Shown here piece after piece: positions 25,701 through 36,073 of a stretch of 64,000 nt of DNA. This DNA comes from Oopsacas minuta (lineage: Eukaryota; Animalia; Porifera), in assembly GCA_024704765.1 (NCBI GenBank), contig JAKMXF010000210.1, forward strand, positions 496,001-560,000, in the 5' to 3' direction. The notes under the pieces were generated by a model. The model was not told the DNA's origin, did not search any database, and saw nothing but the letters and a program-made list of their open reading frames with translations. A program made the translations under genes and the position numbers. The stretch's first letter is position 1. Each line of letters opens with the position of its first letter.

Positions 25701-27938
25701 TACTGCGAATATCATATCTACACATGCAGGCTGTCTGAATCCAGAGATGACTTGTGTTGTATTACATTCCGTGGGTCTACATTGTGTGGTCGTGTTAAAA
25801 TCGATTGATCGGATTAGTTTGCAGTCATAATTTCCATCTTCACATATACATCTGTTACAGGAATCCAGTTTACAAGTATTATTTAATGTTACATGTGGAA
25901 TAACTTCATACTCTAGAAATGCATTAGTGAATGCTTCTCTGTATGTCCTAGAGGCGGGAAGACTCCATGCAATGCCACCAGTTTCTCTGACCATCTGGAA
26001 GTACGTTTGTTCCGTGTTACCTGCTGCCGAATCCTTCCTCACATACCCATCTGGGGCTGTATTGAATTGACCTGGCATATTCGCATCATAGTAGATAACA
26101 GAGTTATTTGGTAAGAGACCCATAATGGTGTTTGCATTGATGAGTGGCTGTCGGTTGTCCTGTGCTTGGAATTGAATGCTGATAACTGCACTGAGAGTAA
26201 TGCTGAATTGTGTGAGTATCTGCTGCATGTTTTGATTGAAGAGTGTAGGAACACGATCATAAGGAGGGTCTGGTGTAGGTGTTTCATTGTCTCTGTCCTC
26301 ATCTGTAATGAGTAGAATATTTCTACATGCTTGTCCTGTGAATGTGTATCTCTGTAATGCTCTGTAGATAGCTGCATAGCCGTCTTCTTTCCTTCCCTCA
26401 CCTTGGAAGGGATCTTCATTGATTACTCTTATCACAGCTTCATTATTTCCCCAGTAGGGTATAGTATTCCCTTCCTGGTCAATGATCCCTCCTAAATCTA
26501 TAGGTCTCCCTATCTGTTCAGCTCTTGACTTCTCTTCACCTGTACCGAATCCTAGAACAGCAAAATTGTTATTACACATTCCTGGGTCGTAGTTGCGTAC
26601 TGCTAGTACCTCCGGGATGGCATTAGAGACATTCTTCAACCAGATCTGTTCCTCCTTCATGGAAGCTGATTCATCAATAATGTAGATAAGGTTCATACAG
26701 TTTGTATTTACATCAGATGCAATGGTGTTGAATGGTAGTTCATCTTCTTGGCAGGTTGGATAACATGGTTTGTCCTGAATGCATTGGAAATGTGTGCCAT
26801 CACAGTAGACAAAACTTCCTATCACAGTGTCGTATATAATTTGTCCAGATTCATATTGTGTACAATCTGTATTATAGGTTGAGTTTATTGCACTGATGAT
26901 GATTCTCTGTCCAATTTTTCCTTTTTCCCCCCTTTCTCCTTTCCTACCTCTTTCTCCTTTTATTCCTGTGGGCCCCTCATCCCCAGGTAATCCTTTGTCA
27001 CTCTTTTGTCCTTTTGTTCCATTATTACCCATTTCTCCCATCTTTCCTATTTCTCCTTTTTCCCCTATATCTCCCTTTGGTCCTACTATCATCTCACCCT
27101 CTTCGCCCTTTTCTCCTTTCATTCCTCGTTCACCCTTTCCCCCGCTTACCCCTTCTTCCCCACGCTCTCCCTCAATACCCTGCTCTCCATTTTCACCATT
27201 TCTCCCATTTTCCCCCTTTTCCCCAATCTCTCCCTCTCTTCCTTTCTCTCCCTTATCCCCTACAGTTCCGTTTGTTCCATCTTTTCCACTTTCCCCTATA
27301 TTACCTTTTGCTCCATCTTCTCCTCTCGCCCCTTTTGCTCCATATATTCCCTTACTTCCATTAATGCCCTTCTTATAACAAACATTTGGATCACATAATC
27401 CTTGTACTCCCTGGATTCCCATCTCCCCTGTATCTCCTCTCTGTCCTTGCACCCCTTTCTTTCCCTTTCGTCCCATACAATTATCTGAACACTCTCCCAA
27501 CACTTCTAATTTAGTCATGCCTCTGTCCAATTCTTCACCTGTATTCACATCACGGAGAACACACTCATATGTGCCAGTATACAGAGTCGTTGTGTTAATT
27601 ATAATCATTTCGTTTCCTGAATATTGCCTTATATTAGGGAATATGATAGAGTTGAAGCTATCAAATATGACCTGTCTATCATTGAATACCCACTCTATTA
27701 TTACTTCATCTCCTAGGTCTGTTGTTGTCTCACAAATAATTGTAACTTCAGAATTAGAAGTAACAATCGCATTCTGTCCAATCAATACACGATAATCCCT
27801 ATACCCGAACAGATTCAGCATCTTGAATCTATGATTATTTTCAATATTGATCCCATTTACTTCTGACAGTATCGCTACTGTTAAGAACGTGAATAATAGT
27901 AACATTAATCTTTCCATTTTATTTCTTGCTACTTCCAT
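22761..27938 (-). CDS. Secreted Ig - collagen - VWA - VWA - Ig - Ig - VWA protein, paralogue B (1725 aa, intronless)
   Basis: Collinear with 5606-10882: signal peptide, Ig, Gly-X-Y region at 26904-27491, VWA1 (IYIIDESASM), VWA2 (IFAVAETDTM), two Ig-like domains, VWA3 (LVLDVTTEM) and a Cys-rich tail. Confidence 0.85.
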   Translation of the reverse strand: MEVARNKMERLMLLLFTFLTVAILSEVNGINIENNHRFKMLNLFGYRDYRVLIGQNAIVTSNSEVTIICETTTDLGDEVIIEWVFNDRQVIFDSFNSIIFPNIRQYSGNEMIIINTTTLYTGTYECVLRDVNTGEELDRGMTKLEVLGECSDNCMGRKGKKGVQGQRGDTGEMGIQGVQGLCDPNVCYKKGINGSKGIYGAKGARGEDGAKGNIGESGKDGTNGTVGDKGEKGREGEIGEKGENGRNGENGEQGIEGERGEEGVSGGKGERGMKGEKGEEGEMIVGPKGDIGEKGEIGKMGEMGNNGTKGQKSDKGLPGDEGPTGIKGERGRKGERGEKGKIGQRIIISAINSTYNTDCTQYESGQIIYDTVIGSFVYCDGTHFQCIQDKPCYPTCQEDELPFNTIASDVNTNCMNLIYIIDESASMKEEQIWLKNVSNAIPEVLAVRNYDPGMCNNNFAVLGFGTGEEKSRAEQIGRPIDLGGIIDQEGNTIPYWGNNEAVIRVINEDPFQGEGRKEDGYAAIYRALQRYTFTGQACRNILLITDEDRDNETPTPDPPYDRVPTLFNQNMQQILTQFSITLSAVISIQFQAQDNRQPLINANTIMGLLPNNSVIYYDANMPGQFNTAPDGYVRKDSAAGNTEQTYFQMVRETGGIAWSLPASRTYREAFTNAFLEYEVIPHVTLNNTCKLDSCNRCICEDGNYDCKLIRSIDFNTTTQCRPTECNTTQVISGFRQPACVDMIFAVAETDTMQAAHIAIKDVAIRLPTNLAKINFGQENSICPNKYCIMGYGADNDRISDRCYSYPFPIPRGNKLCAPSSQLAPLIVGLNLTATGQQADGYAAIHTALQTYSINFQSQSCRHITLITDTQRYDCGSHTDGESIIPQLDTHEIMADLQRANIVLNVIVNATFQDENGNEAIGIFQEIDGSITAVVPNSSAVLGYELMSGGKVKEAGENIQQNYINLAIGLNGSAWNIRAMGDEQTDLFTRAFVKAVVIKSSESCGQTRACVECKCIGGELQRCEESEVCAVPGLPPTLAFTSSSGIITITDDDILALVGGYGPNEVTVYYGLDGDLVSTFTISSRLTEGTQPVTTSWYYVDVNGDFIPIEQSIVANYASVSETNPYNLVFSQVGDNIAGSYVLIAENAFGNDTQFTTIGILPKWDKTISGTVTGTQAQFGQTLVARTGSELRITGIVREGTRPWSFQWFYGGVELIQGVDYSFEYVGNTATIIIHNFGPQLSGSYTVTISSGNSFRKDNHFFNLIVQTTISCDNILADTVTMCSSCSYNNVTDEVILVFYMHNGRTDMNLTWYKQDDSEPRQEYANKALELGPNYVTLNYAEFCKYNYEVDVPYYNTIKFNCPVNSCFKNGKEIAGCTEENVWVQSCNAGNEPGVNVMLVLDVTTEMKPVNDFIFKILLPDLEEQLNKVCIGIGEERNEYTATRMSINEMEPEIIREDHFTFSPNNTTNLDKLHEEVTGLATDIGGRGAYGAVKLTLNNERVRPKNNRILILSTNKKSDMSIYSQVDLAGKSYFQIQNFGDKGRTLFTEALKDNNPIRELHPLLLVNTNLTANTKQNDTYNCIGASNLLQCYSQRNDTSVDRIRGSIVNNVVGNEDMEEIHKDFVVPSLNAGGFVWDINAIINGGPEERQAISDTIISSVVTRIRAGTCETCRCFYGGNVKCLPLKLTSTEEELCKCEQLHGAGNCECLNVDLSRNTGEPCQLITS
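24231..24678. repeat. 448-bp near-identical duplicate, copy in paralogue B (partner 7175-7622)
   Basis: Same alignment. The ORF track also gives identical antisense peptides at 7284-7466 and 24340-24522. Confidence 0.95.
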
Positions 27939-28361
27939 TCAGGATCAGATAATTCAGGTTATTTATCTGTTAATATATTTGGGTGTAATAAATTATCCGT
28001 TTTTCTTTCTTTAGGCACATGTATTATCAATTGGAATAATTAATAAGTTATATCATGTTACTGTTTGTCCAATGCTGAACACTAATAATATTAACTCTTT
28101 ACAAATTTGTTGAATAGTAATCTCCCAATTTGAGTGGGTTGCAGAATTAGCATGCAAAAGTTCAACTATTTACATTTCAGAATAATTGCCAACAGCACTA
28201 TGGTAGCCTTTCATTCTTTATATTTATTTTTATAATCTTACAAAGCTATATCAGTTTTGGTATTTGGGTATAGCACTGGTAATATTGGTGAACTTTCAAT
28301 TACGTGCTTTAACATGTAAGTATCATAAGATATTTGCAAATAGATAGGATATTTAATCTTG

Positions 28362-29546
28362 ATGGCATCCGTTCAGTTCACCCACCTGGAGGACTTAGCT
28401 CCTTCCGGAGACATGCCTACATCACCTGATAATTTAATGTCAGTTTCTAAACTGGAGGAGTTATGCAAAAGAGAGAGAGAGATTACTGATCCGACTGCGA
28501 TATCATTCTTACTGAAATCTGATCCTAGCATAGTAGACCTGAGGGATAAGGATGGAATGACTCTACTTATGCACACTTCCTATCATGGTAACTTGAATAT
28601 GACTCGTCTCCTCATAGAGCATGGTGCTTCGGTTAACTTAATGTCACGACCGGCTTATTACACTCCACTAATGTTTGCAGGTATTGGTAACCATACTGAA
28701 TTGTGCCATCTATTGCTCAGCTCAGGTGCTAAAACCGGAATAACTAATAGTATTGATAAAAACGCGGCAGAAATGTCGTCTTTTGTTGGAAGCAAGGAAT
28801 GTGCTCGAATCATTTCATCCTTCTTTTCAAAAGAAAATTTTCTCTCAATCGCTTCAAGGTTCAGACTACCTGATATCGTATCATCCAATCTCTATACGAT
28901 CCTGCTTGAACTGAATAATATCCATCCAGTACATGCTCTAATCGCTATTCGTAATTTCCCTGCAACATTAGAACACATATCTGATGTAATCAACACACTT
29001 GAAGCAATTTGCGATAAGACATTCAAGGACACTTATGAGGAGATTGCATTCAGAGCACACTTTATTAGGTGTCTATACAAAACAATACATGAATTAGAAA
29101 TAGGAGAAAAGATTATCACACCATGTGAACTGCTGATCAAGAAGTTCCTTAGAGTATCTGTAAATGTGGAAGGGTCATCTCAAATGCCTATACAAATTGG
29201 GATGGAGAACTATCTCAGACAGGCGATTCGTTCGTTTCCATTCCGTGACATGCCACTGTACCAACAAACCCTGGCTTGTCTGCAAACCATTGAGAGTGAC
29301 GAGAAGCTCAAATATCAGCTGACTTCTCCCACACTACATGTGATTAACAGTGTTATTAGAGGCCCACTTGCTGGGAGAACCACAATGGATCCTATTTGTG
29401 CTACATGTGGGAGACAAGGCTCGTGTCTGAGAGAATGTACCAGCTGTAAATCATTGTGGTATTGCGGGAAGGATTGTCAGAAGTTGCATTGGTTCACACA
29501 CAAGAAGATCTGTTCTTCGAAATGTTCCCCAGAACACGAGCAATAA
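28362..29546 (+). CDS. ANKMY2: Ankyrin repeat and MYND domain-containing protein 2
   Basis: Ankyrin repeats (GMTLLMHTSYHGN; YTPLMFAGIGN; AAEMSSFVG) and a C-terminal MYND finger (CATCG..C..CKSLWYCGKDCQKLHWFTHKKIC). Confidence 0.93.
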   Translation: MASVQFTHLEDLAPSGDMPTSPDNLMSVSKLEELCKREREITDPTAISFLLKSDPSIVDLRDKDGMTLLMHTSYHGNLNMTRLLIEHGASVNLMSRPAYYTPLMFAGIGNHTELCHLLLSSGAKTGITNSIDKNAAEMSSFVGSKECARIISSFFSKENFLSIASRFRLPDIVSSNLYTILLELNNIHPVHALIAIRNFPATLEHISDVINTLEAICDKTFKDTYEEIAFRAHFIRCLYKTIHELEIGEKIITPCELLIKKFLRVSVNVEGSSQMPIQIGMENYLRQAIRSFPFRDMPLYQQTLACLQTIESDEKLKYQLTSPTLHVINSVIRGPLAGRTTMDPICATCGRQGSCLRECTSCKSLWYCGKDCQKLHWFTHKKICSSKCSPEHEQ

Positions 29547-29912
29547 GACGTTATACGAACAATTACACGATCATATCTCAGATCAAAATAACATTCTATT
29601 ACGCATTATACTGTCGTACAGTACTGGCGAGAAGATTGAATCATCACTTAGCATACTATATATGTTATTTTTGATTGGCAGCTCATTTTGATTGTAGTTA
29701 ATCTCTTTTGTTATCTTTATAAGCTAGACCTTTCTTATTTCATAGACCAAACAATACCCCAAGCTAATAGCATGGCAATAGGCTTTATGCATCATTTCCG
29801 ATATTATTATTGTCCATATGATAATTTAATACACATACAGTGATGTGATGCTGTAGTTCAAGTTAGGTCCTGTATTGTACGGTAAATACACACATGTACT
29901 ATTAGACTGAAT

Positions 29913-30875
29913 ATGTTCGATTTTGACAGTCCTACTCCCTCTGAATCTTCTGATCAGGAAGCGTCAGATAAAGCAGGTTTAGCGATCAAGACTAATACAG
30001 GAGCTAATCGTTTTCTCTTTCCAGGTGGTTTAGAACATAAACCTGGTCGCCAGCAGCCCCTTCCTCCTCGTATTTCTCATACTAACCGACTCCACACTCT
30101 AGACACACCTACCAACCCTCTAGCTCCTTCTAAACGAAAGGAACCTGGACAAACCTTCCCAGAGCTAAGAGCTGAGCTAAATCAAGCATTTAGCATACGA
30201 GACATTCAAGTTCCAATGACAAAGCAATCTCTGTCCTCTTCACTACAAGGTAACCCAATCTCTACAGCAGTTGGTAATACTACCTCGTCTATGAGTTTTT
30301 CGACTAACCCCGCTCTTTACTCGAGACACAAAGGAACTGACAAAGGAATTGACAAAGGACTTGAGGGTATGCTTTTATCAAATTTCGATTTTTGATCTAA
30401 CTAGTTTTTATTTTTATTGATATTAGATCGACCTGTCTTACCGCCTCTTAAACACACTGATAAAGCTCCTGTACTCTCCCAAGTTGAGTCTAGCAAATTC
30501 AATAAAATACCTCCCAATCCTCTAGCATCTAATCCACAACGTAACTGGAATGTAGCTACTGGATTTTCTTATACTGACACTGCTAAGCGTAGGTTGATAT
30601 CTCCAACTGGAGACAATGGAACTTTGGCTAAAAGACCGAATCAACACGATCCTAGTCCTATAAATGAAAGACATAAGTTCAGGAAACAAAAGTCTAAAGA
30701 AAAGCTTCCATCTTATTCGAAACCTCCACTTAACATCATTCAACACAAAGAAGCTATACCAACTAGTTGTATGCCTTCTCTTGTCGAAAAGAAACACAAA
30801 CGAAGGAATTTTAAACTTTCTAAAGAGAATTCTGTTTCTCAAGATTACACTGATACTTTCTGGTTCGATTCATAA
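29913..30875 (+). CDS. Orphan low-complexity Ser/Pro/Lys-rich protein, 2 exons, ~300 aa
   Basis: Two ORF-track ORFs join in frame through a 60-nt GTATGC..TTAG intron at 30367-30426 (G|AT = Asp). No recognisable domain. Confidence 0.55.
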
Positions 30876-32801
30876 TTTTATGATAATTATCTCTCTCTAC
30901 TACACACTTGTCCCTTAATGCGTACCTCCTGAAGAGTGTATCTTTACGTGTATTACTTGTATGCTCTTTTTGGGAAATCATTGCCTCATATTTCTACTTT
31001 TCATTAGTTGATTAATATTTAGATATTTCTAACTGGAAGAATACCTAATCTACAATATAAAGCGTATTAAATAATTAGGAATTCTATTGCCCCAACGAGA
31101 TGAACTAATCACCTGGCTAATGCAGCTCAGAAATTGATATAATTATCAATTTACAAATTATTTCTTCCCTGAATGATCCTGAAAGAGAGCCCTCGCTGGT
31201 AAATATCTTATATACACATGTCTTAACACATTTTATTAAATATAATTAGATTTATTTCTAGATGCAGACTTGATGGCATAATGTTTACAATGCTGTAAGT
31301 TCATTTATTTATTTTTCACTTTCCATAATTTTATTTCGATTGCTCAATAGACCATTACTGGCAGCTATACTTGCATTATTGAAATATGAAAGTTAATAAA
31401 ATTGTGTCTGTGTGTATGTGTGTATAATTATCTATTATCTATCATGTAAGCACAGAGAAGATTATATTGTGATAATTTTATTTCATTATTTCACTCTTAA
31501 ATAATCTTAAATTATTAATGAAAGCGTCTTCTGCCATGTTCTGTTGTAGTTTCATTTTTATCAATTGAAGTCATTATTAATTAATTCGAAATATTAATTA
31601 CTTTGAAGCTAACGTGATCTCATTTAAATTATTATATTAGGTGAGAAATTTATTATCTTATATGACAAATATCTAATTGTTGAAGTGTACGAAAATTTGG
31701 CTATGATTCCATATCCATATCGTAATTCTAAAATACGGACATAGTTTAGGTTTGCAAACATTAATATGCCATTCTAGGCTTATGGTTTTGAGAAGTTGGA
31801 TGGAACCCCTTGTAATGAACCATTGTCACATCTTAATCTACTTTTACAAGATTAATTAAGCCTGCAAATTTTGATAATTCTAATGTGTTGTAAAATAGTT
31901 GTGCAACTTAGTTTGAAATTCAAGAATAATGGTGCAACTTATAGGAATCGAAAAATTTTCTTGTAACATGAATCAGTTCTTTTTATAGATTTCCCATTTC
32001 TTAAATCTTTTCGGGACAAATCTTGTTGTAGAACTCAGAATATCCCATTGACATTAGTTAAGGTGTAATACATGTCAAATGTTATTATCTAATATTCATA
32101 GGGTTTTTTTAGAATTTCATTGTGTGCTTACCAACCTCAATCGCACATGATTCTTAAATTAGCGAATGTTGTGTTTCACTACTGTCATGTGATAAATTCC
32201 CTTCGCTGTTTACATTGTGAAGAATTCCATTCACATCCCTTTCAATGAAGCCAATTTTTATTGAACTTTCATTGCATAACATTATTTAAATGGTGTTACG
32301 GTATTATGATTTAATATATATATTGCATAGACTCAATTAATACGTAGTATCCCGAAATTATATTAAACTGTGTAATCGAAAGAGAATATGAAATCATTTA
32401 GTGTATTTGTTATATTACTACTACAGTATGCTATGAGCAATAGATCTACTATACTGTAAGTATATTGAAAGTAGTTATTCGACTTATGTTAAACTGGATA
32501 TCTCATATAAATATTGCGATATTAATCTTCATACAGCGTGACTGACTATACTCTGGGATGTTATTGAAATTGAAATTCATGGAGGATTAATTCTCACTCT
32601 TATGTGATGATTATATTACCGTCTGTACGGTAAATTGACTTGTGTTTAGTTTTTTTATTATCTAATGGGAACTGAAAATCAAGTTGTAATAATATTGTGT
32701 ACTCTATGTTTTTGTAAGCAAATAATTCATATAAATAAAAGAAGCCAAACCTTTACATATAGCGGAAAATAATTAAAGCATTAACTATATTTGATAATAT
32801 A

Positions 32802-33272
32802 ATGGCACAGATAATTTCTACAATCGGCACGAATAGTGATACGTGTAATATTATGTTATTACAAGAATCTAGGTTAGATATACAATCTGTTTGTACTCAG
32901 GAAAAATGTCGACTTGCTTCATCCATTTTGAAACCTGACTATGCATCCAAAAAGCATCTCCCGTTTCTTGATTTAGTGGACATTGGTCTACTCTCAATTC
33001 TCACTAGTGGTCAATTAAAATCAAAAATCGAGAATATTCATTTCTCCGATAAGGAGCAGACCTTCTTGTTAGAATCTAGAAGAAGGTGGAAAAACAGAAT
33101 GTCTGCCATCAAGTCCCGTAAGCGACATGATATCGATATTATGCAGCTTACCAAAGAACAGGCTGATCTTAGAAAAAAACGCAATGATCTATTGCGTGAG
33201 AAACAAATTTTAACTAAAGAAATTGAATCTTATTCAGCCCTTATGTGTAAACTAGCAACGCCCTCTTTTTAA
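32802..33272 (+). CDS. Small Maf/CNC-type bZIP transcription factor
   Basis: Extended-homology-like helix (LLSILTSGQLKSKIE..EQTFLLES), basic region RRRWKNRMSAIKSRKR and a heptad Leu/Ile zipper. Confidence 0.75.
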   Translation: MAQIISTIGTNSDTCNIMLLQESRLDIQSVCTQEKCRLASSILKPDYASKKHLPFLDLVDIGLLSILTSGQLKSKIENIHFSDKEQTFLLESRRRWKNRMSAIKSRKRHDIDIMQLTKEQADLRKKRNDLLREKQILTKEIESYSALMCKLATPSF

Positions 33273-34255
33273 TGTTATCAACTTTGCATTACTCTGTAAT
33301 CTTATTAATGATAGTATTATGTGCTCATAGATTATTGGAAATATGATGAATTATATAAATTGTATCAAATTCGTATCTATTATTCATGAGTTTGAATATT
33401 GTATAATTACTGAATTTAATAAATTATTGTTCTATTATGTTAAAGTGATTCTCGCAACATATTTGTGTGTGCCAATTGACCAAGGATTAACTATATCCGC
33501 TTACACAGTTACTTTCATTGCACTTAGGGATAAATCCGATATTTCCATTACAACGATTCTATTAATATTCTATGTACTTTCATAATGGATATGCAAAATG
33601 TGCTTTAACTCCAGAGCAAGAAATTTTGAATAGTTGTTTGGGCTCACATTATATTCCTTTTAGAAAGTATTACGTCCTTGCTCCCTATGATGTGCACTCA
33701 AGTAATGTTTCTGATATTTATCGAAACGTATACTTTAAACTATTAATACTAATATAACCTTTTATGGTCAAAGCTATAGAATTTACTTCAATCGGCGGCT
33801 GTATGCTTGTTTGTTTCAAAGGATTTAGTAATTTTATTAATGCTTAGTTCTTGATTTCACGCTTATTACTAAAGAAATGAATATAACTAAAGTATTTCAT
33901 TAATCATACTTACGTATTTGAAGCACCATATGTCGTTTACAAAATTATAAAAGTTGCCGCCTACCACAGATCTAATTTAAACAAATTCAAGAATATTGGA
34001 CGAAATGATAAAGTGTGTGATTTTTCTGATATTTTGTAATACGTATGTGGTATAACTCTGTTAGAAATTGAATATTCTGTCAATGGCACAATGGCGTCTA
34101 TAATATTGCGTTGACACTGATTCTTCACATTGGATTGTCGTCATACATGCTTTCAATATTCTAAATATTTTTTACTTACATAATCTGCTCCATTATTAGA
34201 ACATTTCTCCACTCTATTGTAGTCTGAATTATTTTAACGTAACGCTAGTTAATGT

Positions 34256-34274
34256 CATCACGTGATGTGACTCA
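34256..34274. promoter_or_regulatory. Candidate composite element: palindromic E-box CATCACGTGATG abutting an AP-1/MARE core TGACTCA
   Basis: Both motifs are read directly, about 330 nt upstream of the TLC-like ATG. Function is not demonstrated. Confidence 0.3.
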
Positions 34275-34603
34275 CCAAAAAGATTTGGTATTTTGAGTTA
34301 AAATTAATTTATATATAGTATTAGGGATGTTGTGTAATTCACAAGCCCACACGTGTTTGCAGATTGGGCTTATAACTAAAATTTGAATAGGTTTCATCTA
34401 TACGTGTAGTCCACCAATAAAGACGTAATACTTCTACAATGCTAATGAAGTACAGTTTTCTTTCAACAGGATTCATCAATGCTGTTGTACGTATAGTCTA
34501 AGCTGATTTGTATAAATAGACAAATCTCCTATCAAAGGCCAAAATCTAATATTATATACATCAATCCACGATTTTTATCGATTTATTTTCGTAACTCAGC
34601 GAT

Positions 34604-35596
34604 ATGGATACAGAAAAAATCACCAAGGGTCTTCTCGACCTCTCTCTAGCCCAGCTAAATATTTTCAGTTGGTTTATGTGTGTAGATGGTTCTTTGCCTA
34701 GCGGGTTGGATATGGTTCATCTCCTGCTTTTCCCTTCCAAAAGTGTCAGCGATAAACCTGAGTGGGATAAACTCTGTCGTGCATCCAAAATGATTGAACT
34801 ACCCCTTCCCGTGAAGGAAATAGTTGGAGCTGAGAAACATAACAATTTATTTAATATTAATGAATTGTTTGATTCCCTTACGTGTCTCGCTTTAGCCACT
34901 GTTCTCTTTATTATTTTCAGTTATTTCTTGCATTTCGTGTTGAATAGAACTGTCAAAGTATTCCGTAACATTTATCCCGTGCATAAGAAATGGTATGTCA
35001 TTGCTAATATCCTCAAGGCTTGTCTTCTTGCATTTATCTGCCTCAATACCCAATTTTACTTCGGTATATACGCCCTTGCTACTGGGGGATTTGTACCTAT
35101 GATTGAATTGAAAAGAACCACTGTCTTATACATTGTCTCTGACTTTGCAGGTCTCATTATGGTTCCAAGACTCCCATTCACTACTAAAATGCATCATTAT
35201 GTCACCTTTTTCATTGGTATCTTGATATGGTCTAGCAACTTGAATTCCCCCGGATTCACTGGTGTGATTGGCGTAGCGAAGATGGCTTTTATTTATGGGT
35301 TATTCAGCTGTATCCCTTTCTTGGTTAATTTGTTTCTCGGATTACGTATTTGTGTCCCAAAGAATAAAGCTATGGTTGTTTTAAGTTTCATTGCGTTTCT
35401 TACCTATATCCTGTGCTGTGCTCTCAACTGGTCATCTCACTTAGTTTGGCTCATAAATTGCATTATCTCATTTGACATTACTATCTGGGCCATTTTATAC
35501 CTGTTAATGTTGGTATATATTGTCAGAGACGATCTGATCCTTATGAACTTTCTCAGGAAGTATAGCCTCTCCAACTTTATGAAGAAGAAGCAATAA
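34604..35596 (+). CDS. Multi-pass membrane protein, TLC (TRAM/LAG1/CLN8)-like
   Basis: About 7-8 hydrophobic segments; YIVSD and TTKMHH motifs in TLC-like positions. Family assignment is by motif recall only. Confidence 0.55.
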   Translation: MDTEKITKGLLDLSLAQLNIFSWFMCVDGSLPSGLDMVHLLLFPSKSVSDKPEWDKLCRASKMIELPLPVKEIVGAEKHNNLFNINELFDSLTCLALATVLFIIFSYFLHFVLNRTVKVFRNIYPVHKKWYVIANILKACLLAFICLNTQFYFGIYALATGGFVPMIELKRTTVLYIVSDFAGLIMVPRLPFTTKMHHYVTFFIGILIWSSNLNSPGFTGVIGVAKMAFIYGLFSCIPFLVNLFLGLRICVPKNKAMVVLSFIAFLTYILCCALNWSSHLVWLINCIISFDITIWAILYLLMLVYIVRDDLILMNFLRKYSLSNFMKKKQ

Positions 35597-36073
35597 CAAA
35601 TTATCCACATACTCTATCATCATACATAAATATTCTTAATCATAAACTGTACAGATAGCCTGCTTACTGATCATGTTTGAGCTATCAAAACACTCTACAT
35701 ATTTCTACTTACATTTCAAACATTTATTCCCTGATTCTTTTTCCCTCTAACATTATAACATACACTAGTTCTGTACATTAAACTTCATTTCTAATATACA
35801 AACTTTTTTTTACAGGTCTAATGTATGGTTAATTCTAAATAAGAAATTTTTAGTCAAGGATTTTTTGTTTCAGCCGCCACTGATATTTGCTATGGTTGGT
35901 ATCTTAAATTCTTATTATATTATGAGTACAATAGACAGGACATTTAATTTATTAGCTAATAATGTGGGTGTATAATAAATCTTCACAACTATTTAACAGA
36001 CAGCAACCTCCACTCTGACCCTAAATATTCAATACATTTATTAGAGCAGCAATGAATACAAAATATATTGTAG

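Noticed and set aside
26896-27398. Pro/Phe/Ser-rich + strand ORFs (26896-27378, 27006-27398, 27014-27364; likewise 10075-10521)
   Set aside because: These are antisense or off-frame shadows of the Gly-X-Y codon repeats of the collagen genes.
30900-32300. Exon-like fragments with plausible AG/GT ends (e.g. DFPFLKSFRDKSCC.., AYGFEKLDGTPC..)
   Set aside because: I could not assemble a phase-consistent gene or recognise homology; it needs RNA-seq.
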